From assembly GCA_964187785.1 (NCBI GenBank), contig OZ076409.1:66714001-66778000 (forward strand): a stretch of 64,000 bases of DNA, written 5' to 3'. Source of the DNA: Amphiscolops sp. MND2022. Lineage: Eukaryota. Shown here one piece after another: positions 27,403 to 40,040 of the stretch (within the stretch, counting starts at the first letter, position 1; every line of letters starts with the position of its first letter). The notes under the pieces are model-generated. The model had not been told where the DNA came from and did no database searches. It worked only from the letters and a program-made list of their open reading frames with translations. The position numbers were made by a program, and so were the translations under genes.

Positions 27403-29202
27403 CAGGAACTTAAATTTTCGGCGAAATTTTTTTGTTTTCGGCTGCCGAGCTCGGCGGAAAAACAGGATTTTCGGCAAAAAAACATATATATTCGGCAAAT
27501 CCATGAAAATAGTTACAAATGAGAATTGTATTTAATGAATACGAGTTTTGAGAGACTTTCTTCTGTCAAGTTGTTGCGATCTTGCAAAAAACCATTGAGA
27601 ATAGAAAAAAATCTTTCGACTTCCACAGAAGTAACGGGTGCAAAGGCGTATATTGACACTTCCATTGGGCAAAGTAAATCCCTGCCTTGTGCTTTTTCGT
27701 AAGCGATCTGCAAACCAGTGTTTTTGGCGAAAACAGACTGGAACTTTTCAAGGCCCGTTTTTGCGACAGGATTACCAGTTTGCTCCAAGTCGATGAGCTT
27801 TTCAATTATTTCCGAGAACATTTCATGAGCTTTAACAACACTGAAGGCTGGATTTTGAGAAGCCTTTAGGGATTCGCAAATAAACGAAAGCTGCGCAATA
27901 AATCCAACTCGAACTAAAACATTGCTGCATTCCATTTTTGTAAAAGACTTTTCAGCTGCTTTGGAGCATGTTGCTGGGATTGTTTTAAGAAAGTTTTTCA
28001 AAGGTTGCCAGTGCTTTGCAATAAAATCAACTGCGTTCAGCCATGTGCCCCAGCGTGTTGAAACAGGGGCAGGAAATTTGGGGTATTCTTTTCCTTCAAA
28101 ATTTATCCAGGCATTTACTCTTGAGGGACACTTCTGAAAAACCTTTTTCACGTTTGTAACAAGATCGTTAACATCGGTTTCTGTATCCACGATTTTGCTA
28201 GAAATAAGGGCAATCATATGGGAAGCACAAGTAATGTGAACAAGTTTTTCATATGTATACTTCAAAATATTGCCGGCAAGTATGTTGTAGGAAACTCCGT
28301 CAGTAAGAAGTAACCGGAAATTTTCAAAACACGTGTTAACACCCAAATCCGTAAGTGTTTTGACAATCTTCTGCTGAACTAAAGCACCGGTTGGGCACTT
28401 CTCTTCTTTTGTAATTGATGCCAAGTAAGGTCTATGAGTTTTAATCCCGTCCAGTTGCCCAATTAAAATAGCATAATATTTGGTACCATTATGGTCGCAT
28501 TCGTCAAAGCAAACATAAAAATAATTCCAGTTTACAAGTAGTGCTTTGAGTTCTTCCAACTTGATGTTGTAGGTCTCCGCCGCGTAATTGTTCCCAAGAG
28601 TAACATGGCTTGGTAATGGTCTTTGAAAATTTTTCTCAAGAAATTTCTTAAGTTTTTCGTTGCTGAGGGCGTTGAGTGGTAAACCAGCACCGATCCAACA
28701 ACTAGCAAGTTCCATGTTAAAAGAATCTTCAATTTTTCCAGTAGAACTGTTTGTTACTAAGGTCGATTGCTTTGGTTTTTTCAATTGCACAGCCCTTGAA
28801 TGAAATAGGCCGTCAATATGGTCAGGAATATGGTTTGACTTTGATACAGAGAATGATTTACTACAATGTTCGCAAAAAACATTAAGTTTTGTAGGTAAAG
28901 TTTCCAGAATCTTTAAAAACTTCTCTTTAGTTACTTGGCATTTTAAGGAAATTAACGAAGAAGATTTCGTAGCCATGACTTGTCTGCAATGTAAAATATA
29001 ATACTTGTTTACTTAGCGAACAATAGCAATTGTCATGTACATGTACTTGTATGTTAGTAAAATACTTAATACAGTTGTTTGTTCCTTATTAATTAGTCTT
29101 TAGCGGCTTTAGTCTGGACAAAACAAGACACTATTTCGGCGGGAAAATGTTTGAAATCGGCATTTTTTCGGCGTTCGGCAGCGCCGAAAATTTAAGTTCC
29201 TG
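27403..29202 (-). mobile_element. Apparently intact autonomous hAT-superfamily DNA transposon, 1800 bp
   Basis: Perfect 21-bp TIR CAGGAACTTAAATTTTCGGCG. Perfect 8-bp TSD GTGATCAG (27395-27402 and 29203-29210). Subterminal TTTCGGC repeats. Single uninterrupted transposase ORF. Confidence 0.96.
27513..28976 (-). CDS. hAT-type DDE transposase, 487 aa, with CGGBP1/BED-like zinc finger
   Basis: C2H2 finger CEHC...DHIDGLFH. Catalytic-type motifs CFDEC, LTDGV and VEVERFFS. CxxH (CASH), TRWGTW, and C-terminal dimerisation-like DRNNLTEESL. Confidence 0.93.
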   Translation of the reverse strand: MATKSSSLISLKCQVTKEKFLKILETLPTKLNVFCEHCSKSFSVSKSNHIPDHIDGLFHSRAVQLKKPKQSTLVTNSSTGKIEDSFNMELASCWIGAGLPLNALSNEKLKKFLEKNFQRPLPSHVTLGNNYAAETYNIKLEELKALLVNWNYFYVCFDECDHNGTKYYAILIGQLDGIKTHRPYLASITKEEKCPTGALVQQKIVKTLTDLGVNTCFENFRLLLTDGVSYNILAGNILKYTYEKLVHITCASHMIALISSKIVDTETDVNDLVTNVKKVFQKCPSRVNAWINFEGKEYPKFPAPVSTRWGTWLNAVDFIAKHWQPLKNFLKTIPATCSKAAEKSFTKMECSNVLVRVGFIAQLSFICESLKASQNPAFSVVKAHEMFSEIIEKLIDLEQTGNPVAKTGLEKFQSVFAKNTGLQIAYEKAQGRDLLCPMEVSIYAFAPVTSVEVERFFSILNGFLQDRNNLTEESLSKLVFIKYNSHL

Positions 29203-30777
29203 GTGATCAGTAGCCCAACTTTTTACTGTTAAAATCCACGGATCTTCATACGACAAAAAATCCGAAGATTATCAAAACAAGAATGAAACGTGCGATATTT
29301 TATGGCTATTGATTCAGCATTTCGTGTAGCTTAGCAAAAAATTAACAGCTGTCTCATTTTGAGAAAAAAAGCAGAAAAAGCTCCTTCGAACGATTTGAAT
29401 ATTCATACCGCCCCTCCCCCTAAATTTCGGGAAAACGTACTGGAACTGATTACCACAGTTGACATTGGAGAAAAGTTGGTTTCAGAGTGGCATTTGAAAA
29501 AAAAGTTTTTTCTCTACAGGATAGTTGTTTTGTTCCTTCACGGTGGAAATGTAGAAGATAGTTGTTTTGATTGTCGTTCATTTCACGGTATATTGTAAAT
29601 CATGAAAATGCCTAAATGCTGTACGGAAAAAGTTCCTATATTGTCAAAACTTGATACTCATTTCATTTCTGAACACTGTGTGTTGTGAAACCCACAAAGT
29701 TTTTAGAAGTTGGACCACAAACGCGCTGAAGAGTCAAAAGTGAAAAAAAGGATCATTTTAAACCAATCGCTGGTTGCTTTACTAAAAAGTCTCCGGAATC
29801 AAAAACGAATCAATGTTTTTTCTTCATGTAGATTTCCGTTCATATTAGAACATTGAAACTTTTACATGAATTGCTTGAAACGGACGAAATTTGAAAAAAA
29901 AATAGCTTTCTGCAGGCATCATTGCACCTTATGAACAAATAACATCGTATTGGTTTCTAAAAAGCATGTCGGATAGTTTGTCTTAACTGGGAACTCTATG
30001 GACACTCTAACCTTTGAAAGCATTCAAAAACTGAACAAAAAAGCAACTTCATGGTCAAAAGTTGGAGCTGCTTTTTTGGTGTCGAATCAGGTCATTTTAA
30101 TGCAACAACTTAGAAATGCTCGTCGTAAAAGAGTATAGGATGTTTAATAGGATTGAATATTGCGAGTTTTTGACAATAGGCATGCGAAAATAATTCTTAA
30201 AGCGCCTAAAAAGTTTAATATAATGCCTAAAATAATGCCCAATTGCCTTTTTTGATGTCGACTTTGCCGCGGCGATTCTGAGGTCTATATATTTCATATA
30301 CCTTTTTCAGTATACCTGTGAGCGTCCTGGATAGCTGGTTTACTCTTTTTCGATTTTCTAAATCTGGTCATTCTGGGGTCAACCAACTTTTTCAATGATC
30401 TCAATGGTTGAACCTTGGAATTTGGAATCATTTTGGAACACAGCCAAATTTGGGAAAAAACGCTGCTGAAATAGTATTGTTTCTATGACATTTGGTAATA
30501 CGGGCTGAAATAGCAAGAATTAGTAAATGATAATGTGACTTTCTATGTCATCATCAAAGTAGAATGGAGTTTTATAAAAGTTATTCCAACACGAAGCTAC
30601 CTTACAATATATGAGGTGTTCCGAAGACATGCTTGAAGTTTCATTTATTGGAAGAAATCAAGAGATAAGATAGCACGCGTGAAAATTTGTAATAAGCTGC
30701 GCCTTGACAGGTTTATTTTGTCCAATACCTATGGTAACGCAGTACATTCAAGAATGTTTGCTCGTAGTTGACCCCGG

Positions 30778-31126
30778 TTTTTAGTTGGCGCTTTATGAAG
30801 TAAAACGCGACTATTAGGGAGGCTTTTCGTCGTATTTTTTTCAATCCGCACGAACTGGCCAAAATAATCCTACTTATACTTAAAAACTTGAAAAGTACCA
30901 TTTGGCCGAGCGAACCAAATTGAAATAATTGCCTTTTCTATGAACAAAACATTGCGCTTTAACCAAATTTTTGACGTTATATCCGAAGAAAACTGCGTTT
31001 TCCTGAAAAAGAAGCGCAGGTTGGAATCTTTCCAGTTTCAATATTCCGTTCCCTTGATGGTTTGAAGCACGATTGCTCTTTTTGAGCCTGAAGTGGGGCG
31101 ACGACTTATGCCGTTCCAACCCTGTT
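30778..31126 (+). mobile_element. Helentron/HINE-like element, diverged copy
   Basis: 5' TTTTTAGTTGGCGCTTTATGAAGTAAAACGCGACTATTA and the following ~130 bp match 63168-63310. 3' GAGCCTGAAGTGGGGCGACGACTTATGCCGTTCC..TGTT. Confidence 0.7.
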
Positions 31127-31277
31127 GTTTTTATCACTAAATTAAAAATAAAACATGCTCTGAATTGAGTTTGTAAGCATTGTTCACCGAACCTGTCACG
31201 TTTTGTTCTATGAAACTCTGCAGCGTATATTTCAGATTGAAACGAATCAAAACATTGTCAAAACGAGCAAAATCATG

Positions 31278-31974
31278 CCGAGGTTAACCATCATGGCTAA
31301 TTCATGGATCTTCATCCATGATTCATCCATAATTCATGGATCGCCATGTCATGAATCATTCCATGATCTTGGAAAGATATCCATGATTCATGGATGATTC
31401 ATGGATGGAAACCCATGAATCATGGATGAAAATTCATGATGCCGAGGATGATCATCGATGCAAATTAATGAGAAGGTGCAGTTTTTGAACTGCCCGTTAA
31501 ACTGAATACACTAGATTCGATGAATTATGAAAAGAATAATAAATTAGAATCTAGTTTTTGGGTTGATAAATTACGAAAATACCCTCAAAAATTATCAAAA
31601 CACCTGAGAAGAGCACAAATTAAGCGGGTATCATATTATTGGACATCTCTTCAAAGGAATAATTCCCATAACAAGATTACCTGAAATAGAGAAATTATAT
31701 TGAAACTCCATTGATAGCGATAAACGACAAAAAACAACAAATAAACCTTCATTTTATGAGAACCGACACGCACAGAAAGTTTTGCCTAATTTGAACGAAT
31801 TTTTCAACATGGCAAATCATGGATGAATCATGGATGACAATCATGGATGAAAATCCATGAAGCGTCACTCTGCCATGAATCATCGATGTTTTTCCATGAA
31901 TAAGTATGTAATGTGTTTAAAAATCCATGATCATGGATGAATATCCATGAATTAGCCATGATGGTCAACCTGGG
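31278..31974. mobile_element. MITE with CCC-type termini and 2-bp TSD (CMC/EnSpm-like), 697 bp
   Basis: TG|CCGAGGTTAACCATCATGGCTAATTCATGGAT ... ATCCATGAATTAGCCATGATGGTCAACCTGGG|TG. Dense CATGGATGA/TCCATGA subterminal repeats. Confidence 0.9.
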
Positions 31975-32984
31975 TGTAAAATATTGAACGTTTTTGAACT
32001 CTTCCTGATGAAAGTGGAATTAGATTTTTTCAGGCAACTCCGAAACCAATCTCTGGTGAAATTTTTATTACACATCTCTTTCGGTACTCATACTATTGCA
32101 GGACGGAAGCATCATGAACCAGTGATCAATTTCGTCAATAAACTATATTCGTACAGCTTACCAATTGGACGGTAAAACTAGAATTTATTCCGCCAAAGAG
32201 GGATCTTTTCTGTTAATCCCCCCACCAATTTAATCCCCCCAGTTAAGAGGTCAAGTGAAATTATCATTGAATCATTGAATTAATAGTAACAACCAATCAA
32301 ATTGCAGTATTTCATAACTCTAACTGCAACTGAAACTCATCGCTGGTAGTGGTGGGGAAATAAAATTGTGGGGGGGGGATCCCCAAAGAGTAAGTGTCGC
32401 AAGCAACCGCTTGCGATAACAACCGATTTGACCTGTCTTTTAGGAACGACAATACTCCTCTCCCCCTGGTGTACTTCCAATTTATAAGATGACGACAGCA
32501 TGCAAGACTGCATCGACTCATTATTTTGATAACCCTTTGCCATAACTTCATTTTCAAATGATTCCTTTGTAGATATCGTTCTTTCATGCAATAAACCAAT
32601 GCTGTAGTGTAATTACAATATATATGGCAATGTAAGTAGCAACTGTAACTTGCAAAACGAAACGCGCTCAAATGAGCCAAAGATCAAGTCCAGTTGGTGC
32701 GTTTTCCCTTAATGCCTCATCCATTCAGATCATTCATTTACTGTCGCTGTGTTGTAGACTTATAGACCATTATTAACTCCCGATGTACTTCATGTGTTAT
32801 TTTTAGTGCAAACAATCATTTTACTTATGACTTAGTTAAGACTATATATGAATTTTTTGTTAGTTACACTTTATATGTATGAATGGTTTAATGTGTAAAT
32901 TTAGAGTAATTTTAGTGAATGTAACTGGTAAATGTTTAGAAACTTTGTCTGTTTGCACTGACATTAGACCCTCTTTTTGAGGTG

Positions 32985-34694
32985 GCCAAAGAAAACAATC
33001 TTGATAATCAACTTTGAAAACGCTTTCAATTCGATAAACTGACAATTCTTGCTTGAGAAACTTTTTACAATTCAACTTAAAATTTATAAGAACTCAGACT
33101 CGTCGTACAGTCAGCCAAGTTTCCTTTTTTACGGTAATTAAGTAATGAAATCTTGTGAACGAACCCAGCAAGGAAAACTTGAGTCTCCGACGTTCACTTC
33201 TGAATCCATTCAGAATATGATTGACAATTTGGAGTGGAAAACAAACTTATTGTACCTCGCTGATGGAAATTTAAGTGTTGATTAGAGAACCGCTCCGAAA
33301 GATCTCGAAAAAATTACGGACGCGGAAACAACCTTCGGACTCAAATTTACACCCATGAAATGCGACGATCTTTTTTCTTGGTGACATCACTGAAGAACGA
33401 ATATCGACTGTTTTAATATCTTTCCAAAAAAATCTGCTCCGGGATCAAAGCACAAACGAAAGATGAACTGATCATTCTTGGTTCACCGCTCGGTCCGAAA
33501 ACGCAGGCTGACTTTTTGGAGAAGAAAATTATTGAAATGGAAAAAATCAATAGAATTGTTGAAAAACTGGATGCGCATCATGGTTTTATTCGTTGAATAA
33601 TTGCTGCTGTCTGCCAAAGTTGTTGTACTTCTTTAGAACCAGTACATGAGTTAGTCATCCACCTCTCTTGGAAACGTATAACAAAACCGTACGCGACGGT
33701 TTTTTCCAAAGTGTGTAACGTGAATTATGACGATTTTTCGAGTTTTCAGCTGACTCTGACTACTAAATTGGGTGGTCTTGGGGTTTCATCCGCAGCTTCA
33801 CTTGCACTTCCCTCCTTATTGGCCTCAGTTTTTGGTGCAAATTACTTTCTCACGACAATTTTCTGGGAAACATTCGAAGAACTTGAGTTCACAAAAGCGC
33901 TTGGGGAATGGCCGAGATGGACGAATGAACAAGAAGGTCCTCTTGTTGGAAACCAAAAAAATGGACCCAACCTATCTACGTCAAAACAGCCCAACATTTG
34001 ATTTCTAAAATTGTTGAGGAACGTTCGGGAAATTTCAACGCCCATCAAGGCAAATTCGGGTCTCAGTGGCTGAACGTTGTTTTGCGTCTCGGTGCCAACA
34101 TCTGTGTTGCGCCTACGTGCCAAGTGGTAAAAGTTGAAAGGGACGGTTAACACCATATTTCTTGCGCCAAGGGTGCTGGTCAATTGTAACGTCTTGCTAC
34201 TTTCAATTCTCTCAAGAGGCAGACGTTGGGATCTCTCGACTTGCCTTCCATGCCCGAGCTGCGTGGACTGTACTGAATTGGTGGCAAGCGCCCAGACAGT
34301 GGTACTCGGATTCATTGGGAACTGTGTAAATAGTTGGTGTGGGATGTTACGGCACGCCAGCTTTTGAAGCAAAGGACCTCAATAGCTCTTCAGATCCCAA
34401 TATGGCCTGTGTTCTAGGAACTGTGAGCAAGAGAGATACGTTTGAAGAAACTTTTCACTTATATTTAAAAGTTTTTTGAAACCTGTATATCATTCAGGCA
34501 TTTTTGAAATTTGGTTCTACCGGTCTATTGGCATAGTGACTGGTATCAGAGGTTTGTTAGTTAATTTTTGTTTTCACTGATCTACTTGGATAGTGCCTGG
34601 TATGGGAATTCGTCCTTCCGTTGCAGACTACGAGTGTGTGTCTTCTCACCCCAACATAATGACACACATGGCACTTTTTTGATGACCACGATCA
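32985..34694 (+). mobile_element. CRE-like non-LTR retrotransposon, copy 1 (5'-truncated, degenerate RT + RLE + 3' terminal repeat)
   Basis: NFENAFNSIN, TQQGKLESP (QQGDP-like), LYLADGNL (YLDD-like), LGSPLG, LGGLGV, GKRPD...WDVT endonuclease motif, C-terminal SIALQI..ACVLGTV. The 3' repeat 34515-34694 is completed at 35902-35918 beyond a hAT insertion. Confidence 0.85.
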
Positions 34695-35901
34695 ATACCA
34701 ATACCACGAATACCAATGCCAATATCAATACCACAATACCAATACGTAGGGGATCAATGCCAAAACCAGTACCTCGACGTTGTTTCAATATCAATACCAA
34801 TACCAATACTGTTTTTCTCAATACAAATTCCGAAGGTCTCAATGCCAAAATTTTTTATTTGAATGTCATGATTGGTAAAAACCCACAGCTCCGAAAACCC
34901 ATAGTTCTGAAAAAGATTCTACATAGGAATCCTCCAGAAATTGAATTAAAGAATGGCATTTTTTGAATTTGAAATTGAAAAAAAACCAAACGAAATACAA
35001 TCGATCTAGTTCATATGTTCACTGTTTTCAGTCTTTATAGGACTGTTTTATTCAACTCAAAAATTACGTGAAACTTATGTTCGTACAAGAGCTGGACGAA
35101 TTGGACTGAGACAATTTATCCGAAATTAAGAAGTTGCTACAACCTTTTGAAGATTGCACAAAACATCTCCAGTCCAAAGACGCTAACATTGCAACAGCAA
35201 AAAAGGTTGTCCAAGCTACGATGGTATCTATGCCACAGTCTGTTGAAAATGTTTCACGAAGTGGATTGATAGTAATGTTGTTTGAGAAAACGTTCCTAAG
35301 GAAACTTTTACTACGCGGCTAAAGAGCGAATAATTTATGATGGGTCCAGTGAGAACGATCATGGATACAACATGGCCAATGATATGTCATTCGAAGATTT
35401 TTCGCACAGGGTCTCTGAGGAGGATTTTTAAATGGAAGACTAACTCAAAGACTCTCGTCCGTCAAACGTTGATCCAGAGCGAATATTTTCGTTGTGCAGA
35501 CTACTTGCAAAATTACTTGCAGTGCCGTCTTACAGCTGAGCATCACAGTCGCAACGTTTTCAATAATAAAAACGAGCAATTTCTTGTCTAAAGTTTGTCA
35601 TATTCTGAATCTTGTCGTTTGCAGAGTTCGCAATGACAAGAATATTCACCATTCCGCTTTTTATTTGATGTTTTTTTTGTTAAACTCTGTCAGAACAGTC
35701 TATCAATAACCAAATCATTCAACTCTAATTAGTCGTCTTTTTCTAGTACCAGTTAGCAAAATCCTCGACAATCAACAAATTATTGGCCTATTTTTGGCAA
35801 ATACCTATATTTGATCCTAGTATTGACCCAATACTCAATACCAATACAAACATCATTTCGGTCAATACCAATACCATTTTTGAGAGGAATTTAAACCCCT
35901 G
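34695..35901 (+). mobile_element. Internally deleted hAT derivative with CAATAC subterminal arrays
   Basis: CAATAC repeats at both ends; the right end is CCCCTG. Transposase remnants LLQPFEDCTKHLQSKDANI (~35130) and RPSNVDPERIFSLCR (~35455). Left TIR not found. Confidence 0.75.
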
Positions 35902-35949
35902 ATCTGATAGAGAAAAACATTTCATTTATAGTCGATATATTTGAATACG

Positions 35950-36071
35950 GTAGATGGTCACTTGGCTTCAAGTCACTTGGCCTAAACTCATTTGATTTTG
36001 TACATTCGGTCACTTGGCTTAAATTTTTCAAAGCAAAACGTCTCGGGTAAATGGTCACTTGGCTTAACACC
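35950..36071. repeat. Four copies of GGTCACTTGGCTT, probably one end of a MITE
   Basis: Directly visible. No matching opposite end found. Confidence 0.55.
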
Positions 36072-36391
36072 ATTTGGCTGAAAATCAGTAAGTTGAAAAC
36101 GCGTGTTAGATTTTGTCGAAATTATTATAACGCAGTCAGGTATGTTCACATACTCCTGGTGCCTTAAATGCATAAGTGACGTGTCATATGACACTTCCTT
36201 GATGTTGCCACTTTGCGAAAGGCGCGAAGCGACCGAGCCAAACAACGAACATGTTTAACATTTCGTAACACTTTTCGTTTCCTTAACATTTTGTTACAAC
36301 GTCAGTTAAGGTTTTCTCTTTCAACTATCAGATACCATGATCATCGTCATCAATCAAGTGCCATGTGCATTGCTATAAATGTAATATATTT

Positions 36392-36898
36392 CAGGATCTT
36401 GTGTGAAAGATGATGTCCAGTTTGTAGAATTTAATGATCAAGTTTGCAGAAAAAATGTCTACAAACTGGTATTCTACAAACTGGACCTAATTTCTCGGAA
36501 CTATCAGAATACAACTTCGATATATGCTATCATAGGGGTTCTCTGCAGTTGCCAGCTTACGCCCTGTCTCGATTAGCGTCCATAAGGCCCAGCTGTAAAA
36601 CCTTACACAAGACACTTGCACAACCGGTTGTGACCCGGGTTTGGGAGTCGATTCAAATACACAATGTCCCTTTATCCTTAGATGAGGCGAAAAGGGTTAC
36701 CGAGAACTGCAAAACGTGCGCTCTATGGAAACCGCGCTTCCTGACACAGTTTCTACCAGTGACCTCGCTCGACGACCGCCGGATGTTGACAACGAAGGAA
36801 CGATCTCGCAACCAGGCGATCAGTGCAGAGACAAGGCGACCAACGTAGACCTTGACATCGGAACCCAGTGTGAGCCACTCGAATCTGTGGAACCAGGA
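36392..36898 (+). repeat. Diverged duplicate of the 3' part of the Gypsy at 36905-41306
   Basis: Aligns with 40498-41022, including the TACAAACTGG MITE end, LSEYNF...SRLA, the HHCC finger and the same integrase-core deletion. Confidence 0.9.
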
Positions 36899-37077
36899 TA
36901 TATACGTATATATGTCGTTGTGTTTTGTTGTTTATGTTCGCCTAATGGTTGTATGTATGCTTCAGATGAATGCTTACCAAAAAGAAACATCCTGCAAGTA
37001 GTGTTTTTCCCCACAACAATTCTATTTGATAATTCCGCATACTTTATCACCTCTTCAAGACTTCGCCCACTGGTAAT

Positions 37078-37520
37078 ATGTTTATCACGGATTCACAAGG
37101 AAGGATCCTGACGTTCCCTAACTTCAATATTCTCATCCTACCAGGTGCACAAGTTGGAGACGTGAGACCCTTCGTACCTGTAACAGGTCGGTACAATCTG
37201 ATCGCGCTCTTCATCGGAGGCAACGACTTACCAACCAGCAACACTCAAACTCTTGCCAGGAACATCTCGACATTGCTGTAGCAGCCTCTGAAGTTGCACT
37301 CAGAGTCTTCGTTGTCGCGGTTTCTCCCCGGCTGGACATTGCTGACAAGGCCAATGCATTGAATCGACTCTTAGAAAGCAACAACGGTGGCCGGTGGCTT
37401 TACAGAGGCATATCGCGATGCATCTACTGCGTCGGAAAAGCACACGTCTGGAGTCGACATCCACCTAGCGCCAATGACCATCAGTGGAAATTGTTCGATC
37501 TTGAAGAATCGAATGCTTCG
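37078..37520 (+). pseudogene. Frameshifted SGNH/GDSL-hydrolase-like ORF upstream of gag
   Basis: Blocks FITDSQGR (I), LPGAQV (II), LFIGGND (III), VAVSPR and GVDIHL (V-like) occur in the expected order across two frameshifts. Confidence 0.75.
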
Positions 37521-40040
37521 GAAGACCTCCCGATTCCAGATCGACAAACTGCCGTCGGGGTCATTGCACCTGCCCGCGCTAAGTCAAGTAGTCTGTCTTC
37601 AGGTAAGTGACTTCACTTTTGTGTATACTACGGTACTTTCTTAAGTTCTTCGTAGCTATTGTCCATTCTGCTATTACGGTACTTTCTGAAGTTCCTCATA
37701 GCAATTGTCCATTCGCTGTATTCCTTCTTCTGTCTCTCATGAAGTTCAAACTACCCGACTTGCCATCAAATCTTCCTCCCGAGAAATGGAAATGGTGGAA
37801 GAAATGTTTGAGGACGGTTCAAGTATCAACGGTACAACCGAAGATGTTGACAAACTAGGTTTGTTTTGTACATTTGACGGCTCCGATTATTTCACCCTGC
37901 TAGAAATTCGGCAACTTTTGCAGACGCATAGAAAATGTTTGACAGGAAGTTTCTGGCGCCCTTGAGAGTGCTCTTTCCCGTCATAAAATGCTTAGTGACA
38001 GTCAAAAGGACGACGAATCCAAAGTACAGTTTTCTGGAATGCTGAACTGAATTGTTGAAGACTGCGAATGCACCAGCTTGACCGTCCAAGCACTTAAAGA
38101 CTATCCAGTACGAGAAGCCTTAATATCAGGCTCAGGTCTGACTACATTCGGGCAAGACTCTTTGAGCTGGAATACTCCAAGGCCGACATCGCAAGCTGCA
38201 CATCGTTTGCATGTGCTAACGAACTATCCAGAGACTTTCCGAAAACTTTTCGAAGCGCTGAATCTTCAACTGTAGCTGCGGTCAAGCTGTTCTCTCAGAC
38301 AACTCGGCGACAACCTGGTCGACTTGGTACCTTCGCTGCCCAACAGTTCTCGAAAAAGCCTCGTCCGCGCTGTCAGTTCTGCGATCTAAACAGCACCCTC
38401 GCTCTAACTGTCCAGCCAAAGGGGACACTTGTCACAAATGCCCCAAAGCAGGAAACTGGGCGTCGGTATGTAGATTGACGATCGTCCGCTGCCGTCTTGC
38501 AATAGTCATCTGATGACAAAGTCGAGACTGCCGCTGTTTTGTGTAGTACTGGCTTGCCGCCTGCCAATCTAAAAGTCAGCCTCAAATTTGCCGGAAGTAA
38601 TGCGCCAGTTCAAGCAATGATTGATACCGGGTCCACGCTCTCTTTTATCAGCGCCTCAACCAAAGGACCTACCGAGTTATTTTCACTGTCACAAAACACC
38701 TTGTTGCAGTGGTAATTCTCGGCTTTGAATGTTCTCCAACACCATCATTCTGGAGTTACGTGGTGATCGACGAGAGACTGTTATATCTGCAGGGCTCAAG
38801 AAATTGGTGTTCCCGGAAATAGAAATCGCCCCTCCGGCCATACTCTCCAGTTCAGTCAATGGTGCAAAACCGATCGCTATAAAATCACGCTGTCACAAAC
38901 TGCAGCTGTCGCTTTCATGGAGTCTGAGGTTACCTGCTTGCTCACTGAAGGCATACTTAAAGTTTCAACATCTACCTGGCGGGCACAAGCCTTTGTCGTT
39001 AGGGATGGTCCAAAGCTACGGATGGTGATTGACTATTCGCAGACAATAAACTGTCATATGTCCAAAGATGCGTTTTCTTCCCAAATATGCAAGAACTATT
39101 TCATCAAGCAACTGGGAACACTTGTTCGAAAATCGATTTGAAGTCTGAGTATCATCAACTCCCACTCCGTCGCTAGGACATGCCATTCACTGCGATCGAA
39201 GTACACGGAAGTCTTTTTGAGTTCACCAGACTTTCCTTTGGGGTCACAATTGCTGTAGCGGCATTTCAACGAGAAATGACAGCCTGTGTGCGCCGGCACA
39301 ATCTGAAGCTAACGTACCTATATTTACCTATATTTTGATGATGTGATCATCGGAGGCAGATCCGAGGAGGAACACCTAGAAAATCTGAGGAACTTCATAA
39401 AAGCTACCGAGGTTGAGGTTCTGGCGCTGAATAACGCTAAGTGCCTTTTGGCTGTAAGACAGTGCAAATGCTCAGTCACATCGTGGGAGCTGGATCTAAA
39501 TGTCCCGATCGGAGCCGAATCAAGACTTGGATGGATTTCTCTAACCCCGAAGTTTCGTCAGAGTTGAAACGTTTTCTTGGATTCTCTGCGCACATCGCAA
39601 AGTGGGCTGCAGATTACTCAAATAAGGTTGCTCCTCAGCTCGCATCACAGAAACACCTGGCTTTTCCACTCAATCAAGCTTCTCGACTGGCTATCGCAAC
39701 TCTCAAGAAGGAAGTTGCCTCGGCTGTACTCTGGCTCCCCTATGGGCAAACGAGCCCATCGTTCTCGAAATCGACGCGTCCGGAACAAGTATCGGAGCGA
39801 CAATCAGTCCGGGCAAAAAACCTGTTAGCTTCTTCGCGAGAACTTTGAAACACGGCAAAATGGCGCACTCGGTTGTCGAACGGGAAGCTATAGCTATCTT
39901 GGAATTCTTCCTCCTTTTCTCGGACCTGTTACGTACGTCACGGGTTATAGTTCGCACCAACCAAAAAGCGCTTTCCTTCATATTTGGAGCCAACTCTTCC
40001 AGAGTAAAAAAATGACAAGTTAATTCGCTGGCATGTGGAA

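Noticed and set aside
32198..32680. Small C/G-run inverted repeat and adjacent minus-strand ORFs
   Set aside because: The inverted match is too weak, and no splice-consistent or recognisable protein was found.
36330..36343. AGATACCATGATCA, as recalled from vertebrate U1 snRNA (also at 41309-41322)
   Set aside because: Only 14 nt. No ATACTTACCTG 5' end, no downstream U1 stems and no Sm site. It is part of the CRE terminal repeat.
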